From: Octopus vulgaris
Lineage: Eukaryota
Assembly (NCBI GenBank): GCA_951406725.2
Contig: OX597819.1
Location: forward strand, 123,380,001-123,444,000
Reading direction: 5' to 3'
DNA: 64,000 nt
The translations under genes and the position numbers were made by a program. The notes under the pieces were generated by a model. It made no database searches and was not told the DNA's origin. It was given only the letters and a program-made list of their open reading frames with translations. Positions 39,019 through 52,819 of the stretch are shown here, in pieces; positions within the stretch are counted from its first letter, which is position 1, and the number at the start of each line of letters is the position of its first letter.

Positions 39019-39202
39019 TATTTGGTTTTACCTACCATATTCTTCTTGAGCATGTCTGTCTGTCAAAGCACAACTAAATTAAAAGTTTGTTTTAAAAGTT
39101 ATGTAACTATAAAAGGATAGTCTGATGTTTAAATGACACTAAAAGAGGTTTTCTGTTATGTACATTTAAAACTATTCCGACAATGTTTACGGATTAAAAT
39201 AC

Positions 39203-39253
<51 letters not shown>

Positions 39254-39254
39254 G

Positions 39255-39520
39255 ATTCAGTAGTTTTATTTTTATAGCGTGCTTTCACTTCACTACCGAG
39301 CGCAGCTCTGTGTGCCTTGGGTATGTGCTGTGATTTGTTGTGATGCTCTGATGGTTGCTGTATTGAAAGCCTTTTGCGTAGGATGTGTGCAGTGCCTAGT
39401 GGTGCAATTTTCTGTATGTTATATGTGTTTGTAAGTCCTGGTGTTTTTGTTATGTATTTGTCTGAATATTTTTTTTATCATGCCTAATGCACCTACTATG
39501 ATAGGAATTGTTTCTATTAT
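39255..39520 (-). mobile_element. R4/Dong-like 3' end in (TTA)n
   Basis: ETIPIIVGALG...PGLTNTYNIQKIAPLGTAHILRK plus a 3' UTR shared with 42670-42876. Confidence 0.85.
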
Positions 39521-39745
39521 TATTATGTTTTTTCCTTCTTTCTTCAAATTTTCTTCCGTTTCTCGTCGATTGTTTTCCATACACCTAGGGCAGAGAAGGG
39601 AATTGTATGCATTCCCAGATTACACACGGAAATTCACAGATAAAATATGTATTTAAAAATTAATAAATAAATAAATTCATGGATGGATGTTATTTTCACA
39701 GCGATAGTGCTCTTCTCAGTACATGAGCCGTTCCAGTTAATACAA

Positions 39746-39816
<71 letters not shown>

Positions 39817-39984
39817 TTTTTTTTTCTTCTTTCAAATTTGCTTCCATTTCTTGCCGAGTGTCTTCCCGACTCCTAGGGCAAAGAAACTCATAGTATACAT
39901 TGGTAGGCCATTAAACCAAACTCAGTAGTTCGTTCATTTTTTTTTTTTTTAAGTTAAATTAAGATACATTTATTATTATTATAC

Positions 39985-40114
<130 letters not shown>

Positions 40115-40624
40115 TTATTTATAGGTTTACACAAACCATGCTAAGTTAGCAATAATTTTAACCAGGTTAAAAGAAATGTACGTAAACGAACCGCTGTACA
40201 CCAAAAAATATTATTGCTGTCGCAGCGCCGGAAATATTGAACTAAATACACTGCAAAATATCGATATTGTAGAACATATGACCAAATGTTTACTATCTCA
40301 GCCACAAACGTCATTCTAATCGAAAATAATCTTACGCATCATTTCATGTAATTTCTGAAAGAAGACAAAATAATAACTCGTCAAACCATATTGAAGATAA
40401 ATTTTCGCCAGAATGATTAAGTCACAGTCAATTTCTTTTCACTGGCTAATTATCTGGTCATTGATAAAGATTAGGAAATCAAGTAGAAAATTTTCCTTTT
40501 TTTAAATATAAAATTTGCGTTAAATAATGTTGAAAATTGTTTTGTAACACTTCTTTCCTCAGGTACGTATTTTCCGCTGCACTCATTATCTGCATTCATT
40601 TATTTCTTTATTAATTTGTTTACT

Positions 40625-41385
40625 TCGTTTTATGTTCTGAGTTCGAATTCCGCCTAGGTCGACATTGCCTTTCGTCCTTTCGGGGTCGATAAATTAAGTA
40701 CCAGTTGCATACTAGGATACATACAGTTGCATACTAGTGGGCCAGTCTAATCGACTGGCCCACTCCCCAAAAGTTTCGGGTCCTTGTGCCAAGAGTAGAA
40801 AAGAATATATTTAAAGATGGCGAACTGACAGAAAAGTTAGCAAGCTGCGCGAAATGCTGAGCGGTATTTCGTCTGCCGCTAAGTTCTGAGTTCAAATTCC
40901 GCCGAGGTCGACTTTGCCTTTCATCCTTTCGGTGTCGCTAAATTAGGCACCATTTGCATACTAGGGTCAATCTAATCGACTTAATCCGTTTGTCTGTCCT
41001 TGTTTGTCCCCTCTATGTTTAGCCCCTTGTGGGTAGTAAAGAAATAGGTATTTCGTCTGCCGTTATGTTCTGAGTTCAAATTCCGCCGAGGTCGACTTTG
41101 CCTTTCATCCTTTCGAGGTCGATAAATTAAGTACCAGTTACGCACTGGGGTCGATATAATCGACTTAATCCCTTTGTCTGTCCTTGTTTGTCCTCTCTGT
41201 GTTTAGCTCCTAGTGGGTAGTAGAGAAATAGGTATTTCGTCAGCCGCTACGTTCTGAGTTCAAATTCCGCCGAGATCAACTTTACCTTTCATTCTTTCGG
41301 CGTCGATAAATTAGGTACCATTTGCGTACTAGGGTCGATCTGATCCCCTGCCCCAAAATTTCGGGCCTTGTACCTAGTGTAGAAA
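40625..41385 (+). mobile_element. SINE family 1 monomer plus trimer
   Basis: Four core units near 40640, 40890, 41070 and 41255. Confidence 0.88.
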
Positions 41386-41533
41386 ATAATTTGTTTTCTT
41401 TGTCTAAAAACAAAAATGTAATTGTTTGCTTAGTTCCAAGAATAAAGAAAAAAATATGACTATATATATTTACAGAACAGAAATAGACACTTACGTTTTA
41501 CGTTCTTTATGTTAGAACTGTTTCGTCACTAAA

Positions 41534-41935
41534 AGGCGGAGAGCTGGCAGAAACGTTAGCACGCCGGGCGAAATGCTTTGCGGTATTTCGTCTGCCGTTA
41601 CGTTCTGAGTTCAAATTCCACCGAGGTGGACTTTGCCTTTTATTCTTTCGGGGTCGATAAAATTAAATACCAGTTACGCACTGGAGTCGATGTAATCGAC
41701 TCAATCCGTTTGTCTGTCCTTGTTTGTTCCCTCTATGTTTAGAGCCTTGTGGGCAGTAAAGAAATAGGTATTTCGTCTGACTTTACGTTCTGAGTTCAAA
41801 TTCCACCGAGGTCGACTTTGCCTTTCATCCTTCCGGGGTCGATAAATTAAGTACCAGTTGCGTACTGGGGTCTATCGAATCGACTGGCCCCCTTCCCCAA
41901 AATTTTTGGCCTTGTGCCTAGAGTAGAAAAGGCTA
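41534..41935 (+). mobile_element. SINE family 1 dimer with 13-bp TSD
   Basis: TSD tttcgtcactaaa at 41521-41533 and 41936-41948. Confidence 0.9.
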
Positions 41936-42209
41936 TTTCGTCACTAAATGCTTATCTTTAAACTCATTTGGTTTTATATTTATGCAATAAGAACTGAGAC
42001 AAAATTTTAAGAATAAAGAGTTTGTCAGTATTTGCTACAGCAATCCCGCGTGTAGCGCACTATGCAAATGAAAAAATAGAATGATGTATGTGAGTTCTAA
42101 GCTCGTATGACACAATCAAATACAGACGCGAACAAGATATTTCAGGTTTCAATAACATTCTAGAAGGATTTCCAATATTATATTTGTGATATTATAATAA
42201 TATTAATAA

Positions 42210-42428
42210 TCGTTTTCACTATTCGCACAATGCCTGAAATTTTGGGGGAGGGGGCAAGCCGATCACATCGATCCAAGTGCATAACTGATACATATATCAT
42301 CGACCCTGAAAGGATGAAAGGCAAAGTCGACCTCGACGGAATTTGAGCTCAGAACACAAAGGCAGACGAGATAGATGCCGCTAAACATTTTCCTCTGAGT
42401 GCTCACGAACCTGACAATACGCCACCTT
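42210..42428 (-). mobile_element. SINE family 1, diverged copy
   Basis: Core gaaaggatgaaaggcaaagtcgacctcgacggaatttgag. Confidence 0.8.
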
Positions 42429-42482
42429 AATAATAATAATAATAACAACAACAACAACAACAACAATAAAAATAATAATAAT

Positions 42483-42521
<39 letters not shown>

Positions 42522-42534
42522 TAACAACAACAGC

Positions 42535-42612
<78 letters not shown>

Positions 42613-42617
42613 TAAAA

Positions 42618-42669
<52 letters not shown>

Positions 42670-42670
<1 letters not shown>

Positions 42671-42872
42671 GACAAATACATAACAAAAACACCAGGACTT
42701 ACAAACACATATAACATACAGAAAATTGCACTACTAGGCACTGCACACATCCTACGCAGAACACTTTCCATACAATAACCATCAGAGCATCACAACAAAT
42801 CACAGCACATACCCAAGGCACACAGAGCTGCGCTCGGTAGTGAAGTGAAAGCACGCTATAAAAATAAAACTA

Positions 42873-42876
<4 letters not shown>
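42670..42876 (+). mobile_element. R4/Dong-like 3' end in (AAT)n
   Basis: KYITKTPGLTNTYNIQKIALLGTAHILRRTLSIQ* plus 3' UTR, with (AAT)n on both sides. Confidence 0.88.
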
Positions 42877-42948
<72 letters not shown>

Positions 42949-42949
42949 G

Positions 42950-43444
42950 TAATGCCCTGATGCAGTACCAGTCAGTGGCTCTCATGGCTTCTGATCTTAA
43001 CTGATTGGAAGTGTTATCATGTACGTTTTTTTTTATCTTGGCATAAAAGATGGGCAACAGCAAATATTCTACTCAATACGAAAGATTTGCTTGTCAGTTG
43101 TTTGACCTTAACCAGTTGACTATGTCCCTTAGTGGCTGACGATAAGTAGTGGGGGAACATCATAGCCATGTGTTAAGAGGGATTCGTTCAACATCCTTAA
43201 ACAACCCTTATTCAGGGACTCTTCTGAGCGAGATGGGTTACTCGACCAGAAGAAAATACTAACTGGACCCCACTTGCAAGGTCCTGCGCTGTTTATCTTC
43301 ATACGAGATCACCATGTCGCGCACATATGGTTGTGATGTATGTGCCTCGTGTACCCTTATCAGACGGGTAGTCATGATGGGTATACTGGGCTTCGTATAT
43401 TTTACCCCAGTGTCACTTTGATAGCATGCACTGCTCTCTCACTC

Positions 43445-43445
<1 letters not shown>
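42950..43445 (-). mobile_element. (AAT)n-embedded element, probably an R4/Dong-related 5' part
   Basis: Unique block bounded by (AAT)n on both sides with several hairpins. The family call and strand are inference. Confidence 0.45.
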
Positions 43446-43491
<46 letters not shown>

Positions 43492-43492
<1 letters not shown>

Positions 43493-43670
43493 TAAGAAAC
43501 ACATATAACATACAGAAAATTACATTACTGGGCACTGCACACATCCTACGCAGAACACTTTCAATACAGTAACCATCAGAGCATCACAACAAATCACAGT
43601 ACACACCGAAGGCACACAGAGCTGCGCTCCGTAGTGAAGGGAAAGCACGCTATAAAAATAAAACTACTGA
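43492..43670 (+). mobile_element. R4/Dong-like 3' end in (AAT)n
   Basis: NTYNIQKITLLGTAHILRRTLSIQ* plus the same 3' UTR. Confidence 0.88.
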
Positions 43671-43679
43671 ATGATAATG

Positions 43680-43767
<88 letters not shown>

Positions 43768-43768
<1 letters not shown>

Positions 43769-44080
43769 GGGACTGATTGCTACATAACTCAGATACCAGG
43801 AAACCCCAAAATGGCAGAAATTCAAAAGATAGTGCTCATGGGAACTGCTCATATCCTACGTAAAATACTCTCTATGTAATCCCAAGGTTTAAAACAAACT
43901 CCTTTTTTTTTTATTTATTTTTTTTTTATTTTTATGTATTAGACATTCACTAGTACGATACAAAAAAAAAAAAAAACCCAAATATATGGCACAGAACTTC
44001 TAACCTGTTGTCTCTTGAGGTCTCTGGGTGAGACTTGGAGCCAACTTGTACAGACATAAAGCAAAAGTCAAACATAGAAT
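43768..44080 (+). mobile_element. Second R4/Dong-like family, 3' end in (AAT)n
   Basis: YITQIPGNPKMAEIQKIVLMGTAHILRKILSM*. The 3' UTR resembles minus-strand 38490-38580. Confidence 0.85.
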
Positions 44081-44379
44081 GATAATAATAATAATAATAA
44101 TAATAGCAATAATAATAACTTATGTTAAACTTATGTGAAAACTTAACAGAAAACATAAAAAATGTAAGCATCTATAAATTGTGTGCTAGTGCCATGGGAA
44201 ATATTTCTATGCTGTGACATTTACAGAATATAGAAAGAAGTATAAAACTGATAATGATATAATGCAAGCAAAATATTTGTTATGCAAACGTAAGCTGAAT
44301 TACTATTTAGCCTTAAAATACATCGTACATCTTCAAAGAACCTTCTTGGTTTAGTGGTAGGGAACGTTCTTTTGGTATG

Positions 44380-44757
<378 letters not shown>

Positions 44758-45046
44758 GAAAAAAAAAGGAGTGGGACTTGTTTGTAGTTTGTGGAGAAAA
44801 CATTAAATGTGCCTGAAAAACAACATGGCATTTCGCCCCAAGTAAAAGACATGAAGAACTATCAAACAAAGCGAATAAGTACCAGGGTGGGGGAAAGCAG
44901 AGAGAACTAACACTGGATCCTTCCAGCACTCCCAGAATGAAAACCTAAACACCTGAAAGACTTCCGCTATATTCCTTACTAAATGATTGAAGCTTTCCTT
45001 TCCCTGTCTTTATTGCTTAGCTCCTTTTCTCTTCAGTTGAGAGAGT

Positions 45047-45560
45047 GGAGGTGCGTGGCTCAGTGGTTAGGGGTATTCGACCAATGATCGTAAGGTCATG
45101 GGTGCGATACTCAGCAGTGAGTTGTATTCTTAAGTAAGGCACTCTACTTCACCATGCTGCAGTCCACTCAGCTGGATAAATGAGTTGTAGCTGTAAACCA
45201 AAGGGGCCAGCCCCGTAACATTCTGTGGGAGGCTGAATCCCCCTGAGAACTACGTTAATGGTATGTATGTCTGTTAAGGCGGCGAGCTAGCAGAAGCGTA
45301 AGCACGCCGGGCGAAATGCTTAGCAGTATTTTGTCTGCCGCTACGTTCTGAGTTCAAATTCCGCCGAGGTCGACTTTGCCTTTCATTCTTTCGGGGTCGA
45401 TGAAATAAGTACCAGTTACGCACTGGGGTCGATATAATCGACTTAATCCCTTTGTCTGTCCTTGTTTGTCCTCTCTGTGTTTAGCCCCTTGTGGGTAGTA
45501 AAGAAATAGGTATGCATGACTGTGGAGTACTCAGTCACTTGTGCGTTAATGTAATGCTTA
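45047..45560 (+). mobile_element. tRNA-derived SINE (family 3) interrupted by SINE family 1 (45276-45511)
   Basis: A box TGGCTCAGTGG. The inner SINE is flanked by ggtatgtatgtctgt / ggtatgcatgactgt. Confidence 0.8.
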
Positions 45561-45744
45561 TGTGGTAATGAAAAGTGAAAGTGACATCCAATATTTGCTG
45601 TAGTTATTTGTTTTTGATATAACAATGTGTCTATGAATCAACTTTTCTTTCGATGTATCAGTCCACTCTGAAAATACTGGCAAACTTTTAAAAACACAAA
45701 ACGAATGCCAACATTCTTTCAGTCACCACTCACTGTCTCTCTCA

Positions 45745-45777
<33 letters not shown>

Positions 45778-45904
45778 AGCTTCACTTCCTCTCTGTCCCT
45801 CCTCTCTCCCGCTTTTAATTTAACAATGAGTGTTTTGTGAGGTTCACAGTTATTTACTGAAAGAGAGAGTGTGTGACAGACAGAATAACTGTCAGGCAGA
45901 CATA

Positions 45905-46127
<223 letters not shown>

Positions 46128-46598
46128 GGCAACATTTCCTTTTGCAATTTCCATATTTTCAATGGATTTATCATATATCATCAAAAAGGAAAAGTTTTCC
46201 AGCATTTTCTGAATTTGAAAACTTCTGTTCTCTTTCACTGTTATTCTCTATCCACTCCTCCTTCACTCAATCTCTCTTTTCTCCCTTCTTCCCCTCTCTT
46301 TTCTCTATGTATCCTTGGGTCTAATTATTTTGCTGCGTTTAACGCATTATATTTCTCATACTGCTCAGCACTATCAATCTCCCCTCTCTCCCTCTCACTC
46401 CCTCTTACTTCCTCCACTTTGCTGCTTCGCCACTCACTTCAACTATACCTACTCTGCTTAACACCGTTTATTTCTCTTTTTCTTTGCACCTCTCCCTTCA
46501 ATTTTTTTACCTCTTCCTTTGAAGTAAGTGTGACACACACCACAGGTATGTACAAAAACAAAAGTTGGCGTATTAATATTATTGATATTAATAATAAC

Positions 46599-46688
<90 letters not shown>

Positions 46689-46689
46689 T

Positions 46690-47068
46690 GACAATCTAGG
46701 GAGAGTAATCCACTGGGATTTATGTAGAAAGCTAGGATTTTAGCGTATTGATAAATGGTATGAACATGAACCTAGCAAAGTGCTAGAAAGTACGAAATAC
46801 AAGGTGTTGTGAGAAGGAATCATTTGTTAGTAGTAGATAAAGAGAATAGAAAGTGTCAGATAACTGACTTTACAGTCCCAAATGATGAAAAAATTAATAT
46901 GAGTATTATAGAAAAATAGCAAAGTAACAGGATCTAAATATTGAATTACAGAGACTATGGAAAAGTGCAGGTAAAATGTATCCCAGTAGTTATAGGTGCA
47001 TTGAGAACTATCCCTAAATATCTGAACAGATGGATAGAGGAAATAGGTATAAATCCAGTTTAGGACAG

Positions 47069-47070
<2 letters not shown>
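46690..47070 (+). pseudogene. R4/Dong-like RLE domain fragment after (AAT)n
   Basis: DNLGRVIHWDLCRKLGF...KWYEHEPSKVLE...CQITDFTVPND...IPVVIGAL. Confidence 0.85.
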
Positions 47071-47120
<50 letters not shown>

Positions 47121-47134
47121 CTGTCCTAAACTGG

Positions 47135-47190
<56 letters not shown>

Positions 47191-47193
<3 letters not shown>

Positions 47194-47400
47194 AGAGTTT
47201 ACGAAAAAAAACAAAAGACGAAGACAGGTGGTGTACAAAACAAACAGATGTATTAGTATAACGCTCAGGAATAGAAAAATTCTTTTACGTTTCGAGCCTA
47301 CGCTGTTCGATAAAAAGGAGTACAAGGAAATAAATAGAGAATAAAAATAAAACGGAGTGAGAATAACTGTGAAGAGTTTAGCGGTCTAACATGGCGATGA
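47191..47400 (-). mobile_element. Repeat F copy with decayed HHR
   Basis: Similar to 29423-29600 and starts at (TA)n. Confidence 0.8.
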
Positions 47401-47494
47401 TCCCTGAGCAAGGAATTCCAACCACGTTTCCTGGTTCACTATCTCAACAGCTCCTCTTCCTTTTTTAATGAAATTATCAATTTCTTTTCATCTG

Positions 47495-47606
47495 ATGGTA
47501 TGAGGGCAATAAACTGTCCACAGTCTGTCTACCCTATATGAAAGACCTCTCTAAAATGATACAAAAGATATGCGGCCCATATGACATCAAGACAGTATTC
47601 AAGAGT
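47495..47606 (+). pseudogene. Poseidon-type PLE fragment
   Basis: TVCLPYMKDLSKMIQKICGPYDIKTVFKS, homologous to minus-strand 5080-5180. Confidence 0.75.
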
Positions 47607-47609
47607 TAT

Positions 47610-49027
47610 GGAATTACAACCGTGTTTCGTGGTCTGCTACCACAGCAGCTCCTTTATAGGATCCAGTTAGCTCACGACATCATCAAGAGGAACCACGTCC
47701 GGTTTCGGCCCCTACTCCTCTACCGTTTTGACGTGGTGGGGACCCCCCCTTTCGGAGGTGTCTTCAGCTCTGGTGTTGAGTGCATGTCTTCTTTCTTCTT
47801 CTTTCTTCTGTTCCCTGGCCTCTTCGAATGGTACACTTGGTTTGGGTGGTATCTTCAGCCCGAGCATTTCCGGGAGGACTTTATTTCGTATCAGCGAGCT
47901 CTTCTTCAGTGCAATCTATTCTTCCGCCCTTACTTTCAGTAAACAAACGTTTAGCATATTCATATGGGTTGGTTACCAAACTACGATACTTATTTTCTGT
48001 CTCCTGTCTTCTGTCCTTCCATCTTTCTTTTCTTAGTTGTTTTCGATGCCTCATTTTTATCTCTTCATATAGTTGTTTTAGTCCTTCTCTATCCTCCTCC
48101 TTTGCATCCCCCATCTGGTTCTTACTTTTTTCTTCTCTTCGCGTATCTGTCTTTCTCTCCTCGATGATCCGTCCTTTACCGATGATTCTCCATTGCTTGT
48201 TGTTTCAAGTCCACAGCTTTTCTCTCCTTCCCAATAGATTATATTGAAGTTCTCCAGATTTTGTTCGTTGTCCCCTTTGAATTTAGTGCTCATTCTTGCT
48301 ACATCATCATCGAATTTCTTATAGCTAGCTGCTAAATCTTTGACTTCTTTACGCCTATCTCTTTTCATGGCTGTTCAGATTCAACTGTGGAATAACCCTC
48401 GATATAGTCTCATACCAGGTGATTCTGGACATGCCTTCGAACCAGAAGGAGGGCACGCAATGAAGGAGATCGTTCTCTTGACCCACCTATCAAAGAGCAA
48501 CGCTGCTTAAGTGCCAGTCAGCCTCACCTAGCGACGCTATTTCCCAGTCGACATATTATGGCTTTCGAGCCATTTTGGGTCTTCTCGTTTCAGTCATATA
48601 TAGAAGCTGGCTTTGTCAACTGCTTCCCGTATCCCGCTTATTACGTTTCTCAGCTCTGAGCTCGAAAATGCAAACGTTCTTTTAAAAAACGTCGCCATTT
48701 TCCATTCAATGAAGCCTAGACACCACTGCCAGGTGGTAATACTCGACAAGTCTACCCCTGTCTTCCGCACTCTTAGATTAATTTCTCATACCTTTTCTCC
48801 TTCCGTTGCTCTGCATTAGTGATGTTCTCAGCTCTAGCAAAATTCCAATTTTCCGTTCTGTGTTCCACAGGATTAAGTCTGGTCTTTTTGTTGTTTTTAT
48901 GAGTGGAAATATTAGCAGTCTTCCCAAATCCGCGGCGGCCAGCTCCCGGAATCCCTTCCATCTTTCGTCTGTCTCGTATACTTTTTTCGAAGGCCTTCTG
49001 GAAGTATATCCTTCCAAGCCTTCCCAA

Positions 49028-49030
<3 letters not shown>
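47610..49030 (-). pseudogene. HERO/NeSL-like RLE non-LTR retrotransposon fragments
   Basis: RLE: KRPDLILWNTERKIGILLEL / ENITNAEQRKEKRYEKL at 48600-49030. Pre-RT helical region EGLKQL...NPYEYAKRLF at 47880-48370. Confidence 0.75.
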
Positions 49031-49061
<31 letters not shown>

Positions 49062-49138
49062 ATATATATGTATATAATATATATGTATATAATATTGTCA
49101 GTGGCCAGCATATTAAGAAATACCTTTTAAGGTGAAAA

Positions 49139-49316
49139 TTATAAATAAGGGAAAAAAAAAATAAATTCCAATGCCAAATATACTGAGACTCTAAATCAAA
49201 GTCCGAAGCTTCGTGACACGTGCTTATAGTGATGAATTATATGTGGTATTGACGATTTAAAGTCTCTTCTCAGCATATTTGGCATTGGAATTTTTTTCAT
49301 TTGCTCTTATTTATAA
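49139..49316. repeat. Imperfect foldback repeat
   Basis: ttataaataag...aattccaatgccaaatatactgag versus ctcagcatatttggcattggaatt...cttatttataa. Confidence 0.8.
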
Positions 49317-49342
49317 GTTGTATTTATCTATCTATCTATTTA

Positions 49343-49390
<48 letters not shown>

Positions 49391-50489
49391 TGTATGTGAT
49401 GTATACGTTTGCTTAATATGATTAGTTTATGTGTAAGTTGTTAACTGTAAATCCGGTATCTCGTGTATTCGTGATATCTAAGTTGGCTTGCATTGAGGCT
49501 CTATTTATTGTCATAGAAAAAAACGTTATATATGAGTTGTTTCAAGTTTCGTACTCCGATAGGACAGCAATAAGACGGTCTTGTATAGCGTACCACACAC
49601 GATCCATCACTTATTCAGGCGCAGATGACACGGCTGCCTCATGAGGAAATGCGAGAAAAAGAACAAAAAAATACGTGAAAATTGAAGAAACGGAAAACAT
49701 TATAGAAAAAAGCAGCATAATATTTACAGCTGTTAATCCTTTCGATGAAGAATATTGCAAATGTCAAGTATTAATGTCTAAAACAGCTGTTACTTGATGA
49801 GGAATTGAATGGGGAAAGGTTGAAGTGCATTAAACTGTGTGTCTCATCTGGAGAGCGTAGTGTCTTCCTGCTTGATAACTGAAAATTGTCGACATATCTG
49901 GAGTAAGTAACATTTCTGATCACTATTTTAGGTCAATAAAGGTTATGCATTCTTTCATGTATAAGGAACATTTATTTTTAAGCCATTAATGTATGACGTT
50001 GTGCTCGTTACGACGTTTCTCTTGATAGAATATGATATATTACAGTCGTTCAGTTCACATAGATAAATTGTGTTTATTCCTTTGTTTTTTTCGCTAACGG
50101 GAGTGAAAGAAGAACGGCGGTGGCGTTTCCCTTTTGGGTGTCTACAGACTGAACTATATATCTTTTTTTTTTTTGCTTCCCTTCTTTGGCGGAAGAGATG
50201 CTCTAGGCTACGTAGATGACTGAGCTAACGGTGAATGCATCATCTACTGCAAACAATATCTAATATAGAATTCAGTACGTTGAATGGAGACACTATACAG
50301 TATATGCGGACTAAACAGAACAGGAATATATATAAATATATATACATATACATACATATACACACACGTATGCGCATATATATACATACATACATATGCA
50401 CACACACACACATACACACATAAATACATAAATATGTCAACGGAAAGAATGAAAATGCGCAGACATTTTATGTACGAAAACATACCTTT

Positions 50490-50535
<46 letters not shown>

Positions 50536-50573
50536 TGTCTGTCTGTCTGTCTGTGTATGTATGTATAAATATA

Positions 50574-50626
<53 letters not shown>

Positions 50627-50675
50627 TCAATAAATGGTGGGGTTGTGTTGACCGCACGTGGAGAAATGATAAGTA

Positions 50676-50881
50676 AGGAAAATTTTTTTAAAAATGCAGA
50701 ATGCTCAAATGAAAGAAAATTTTAATAAAATGAGAAAATGATAAAATATATAAATATATATTGCGAAAATGAGAAAATATATATTTATATATTTTAAATA
50801 TATATTTATATATTTTATCATTTTCTCATTTTATTAAAATTTTCTTTCATTTGAGCATTCTGCATTTTTAAAAAAAATTTT

Positions 50882-50884
<3 letters not shown>
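50676..50884. repeat. Near-perfect AT-rich foldback next to (TA)n
   Basis: Arms at about 50676-50760 and 50799-50884. Confidence 0.88.
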
Positions 50885-50929
<45 letters not shown>

Positions 50930-51261
50930 AACTGCAGTGGAAAGGCTAGCCACTGGATTTGGTTAAAAAAGAGACGATGACGATGGCTAGAAGAATACTG
51001 AGTTTTATTTGATAACCATTTGATCTAGCAAGCGGCGCCTCATATCATTGAGTGGGGCCGGTATGCAATGATGCTATCGAGAGGCAGGCCCCGAAACGGC
51101 GTGCGTTTTATCTTGATGACTCAATACGATTGCAGGCTTCCAGTTTGCGGATCTTTCATGTGCAAGTTGTTTATAAAACATGCATTTGCTTCTTTTTATA
51201 ATTTGTACTACAATTTCCAAGCTGAAGAATGTTTTTCTCGAACATTTTCACATTATATATA

Positions 51262-52524
51262 CAGAGATTTGACAAAATAATGGAAATACCTTAAATTTTC
51301 AAACAAATTTATTTTAATATGGGGTAGGACCAGCTTTGGCAGTAATTACAGCTTGAATTGGACTCGTACAAAGTTTGAATTGTTTCCAAAGGAACTTTTG
51401 GCCATTTTTCAGCTAAAACAGTCTCCAGTTCTTGTAGTGATGATGGTGGAGGATATCGAATCATTACCTGTTTTCTTTTTTAAATGCACTATAAATGTTC
51501 AATAATATTGAGATCTAGGGGCTGTGGTGGCCAGATAAGATGTTCAACTTCACTAGAATGTTCCTCGTGCCATTCAGTAACAACTTTAGCTGTGCGAATT
51601 GGTGCATTATCATCCTGAAAGATTGCATTTCCCTCCGGAAACAGTTCCGCAACCATAGGATGAATTTGATCAGACAAAATGCTTAAATAGTCATGACTAT
51701 TAATTCTGCCATGAAGGGAAACCATTGGGCCGGCGAATTTCCAAGATATAGCCCCCACCCTGATCATCACAGATCCTCCTCCATGTTTAACTGTTGGAAG
51801 AAGGCAGTCTGCGTCAAACGCTTCTTTTGGCTGTCTCCACACGTATACTCGGTCAGGTGGTCGGAAATAAGGTAAAGGATAGCTCGTCCGAGAAAATAGC
51901 AGTCTTCCTCTGCTCTAGAGTCTAATTCTGTAGGTTTTACTTCACTGAAAACGCTTAGCAAGGTTTGTTTTTGAAAGTAGTGGGTTTCTGATTGCAGTCT
52001 TGTCATGAAATCCGGCTTTGTGCAGCTCCCGGCGAACAGGTTTTTGTGGAAACTGGGTTGTCGAGGTGGTCATTAAGCTCTGCAGTAATTTTGGGAGCTG
52101 TACTTTTGTGATCCTTTCTAACAATTTGCGTAAGAGTCCGACGGTCCCTATCTGAATGCTTTGGTTTTCCTCCGGACTTTTGTTTCGACGAGGAGGTTTT
52201 TCCCTCTCTCTCAAAGGCTGTCATTACTTTCAAGGCAGTACTTCTTGGCACACCAATCATTTCGGCTGTTTTCATTACGCTAACGCCTGCCATACGAGCA
52301 TCAACAATTTGACTTCTTTGAAAGTCTGATAGATCTGTTATTCTAATGAATTTTAATTACCTTTCTCTGATGATATCTGAAAAGAAACAGTAAATTTTAG
52401 CAAATCATATCAAGCAACACTAATAATAAATTTAAAAAAACATAAAAATAAACAAGCTTTTCTAGATATTTCAAAATTATGATGCTATGATTCTAGGTGT
52501 TTCCATTAGTTTGTCCAACCCCTG
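51262..52524 (-). mobile_element. Tc1-family transposon, full length, frameshifted DD34E transposase
   Basis: TIRs cagagatttgacaaaataatggaaatacct / aggtgtttccattagtttgtccaacccctg. TVKHGGGSVM, FQDDNAP, WPPQPLDLNIIEHL. Confidence 0.93.
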
Positions 52525-52551
52525 TGTATGTATATACATACATACATGCAT

Positions 52552-52700
<149 letters not shown>

Positions 52701-52758
52701 ATAATAACGGTAAGCCTTTGTATAACGGTCTTTTTTCATAGCGTTTTTCCGATGGCCG

Positions 52759-52819
52759 GATAACTGAAGAGATTGTGGTTTGGATTTCCACCTTGGCATC
52801 CGAAACTCAGAGTTTTATC
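52759..52819 (+). ncRNA. Type I hammerhead ribozyme in a unit of about 160 bp between (TG)n and (TA)n
   Basis: gataa-CTGAAGA-gat...gtgg...ccac...atcc-GAAAC-tcaga-GTT-ttatc. Confidence 0.8.

Noticed and set aside
49735-49795. Degenerate HHR-like relic (also about 51045-51105)
   Set aside because: Core nucleotides are too mutated to call.
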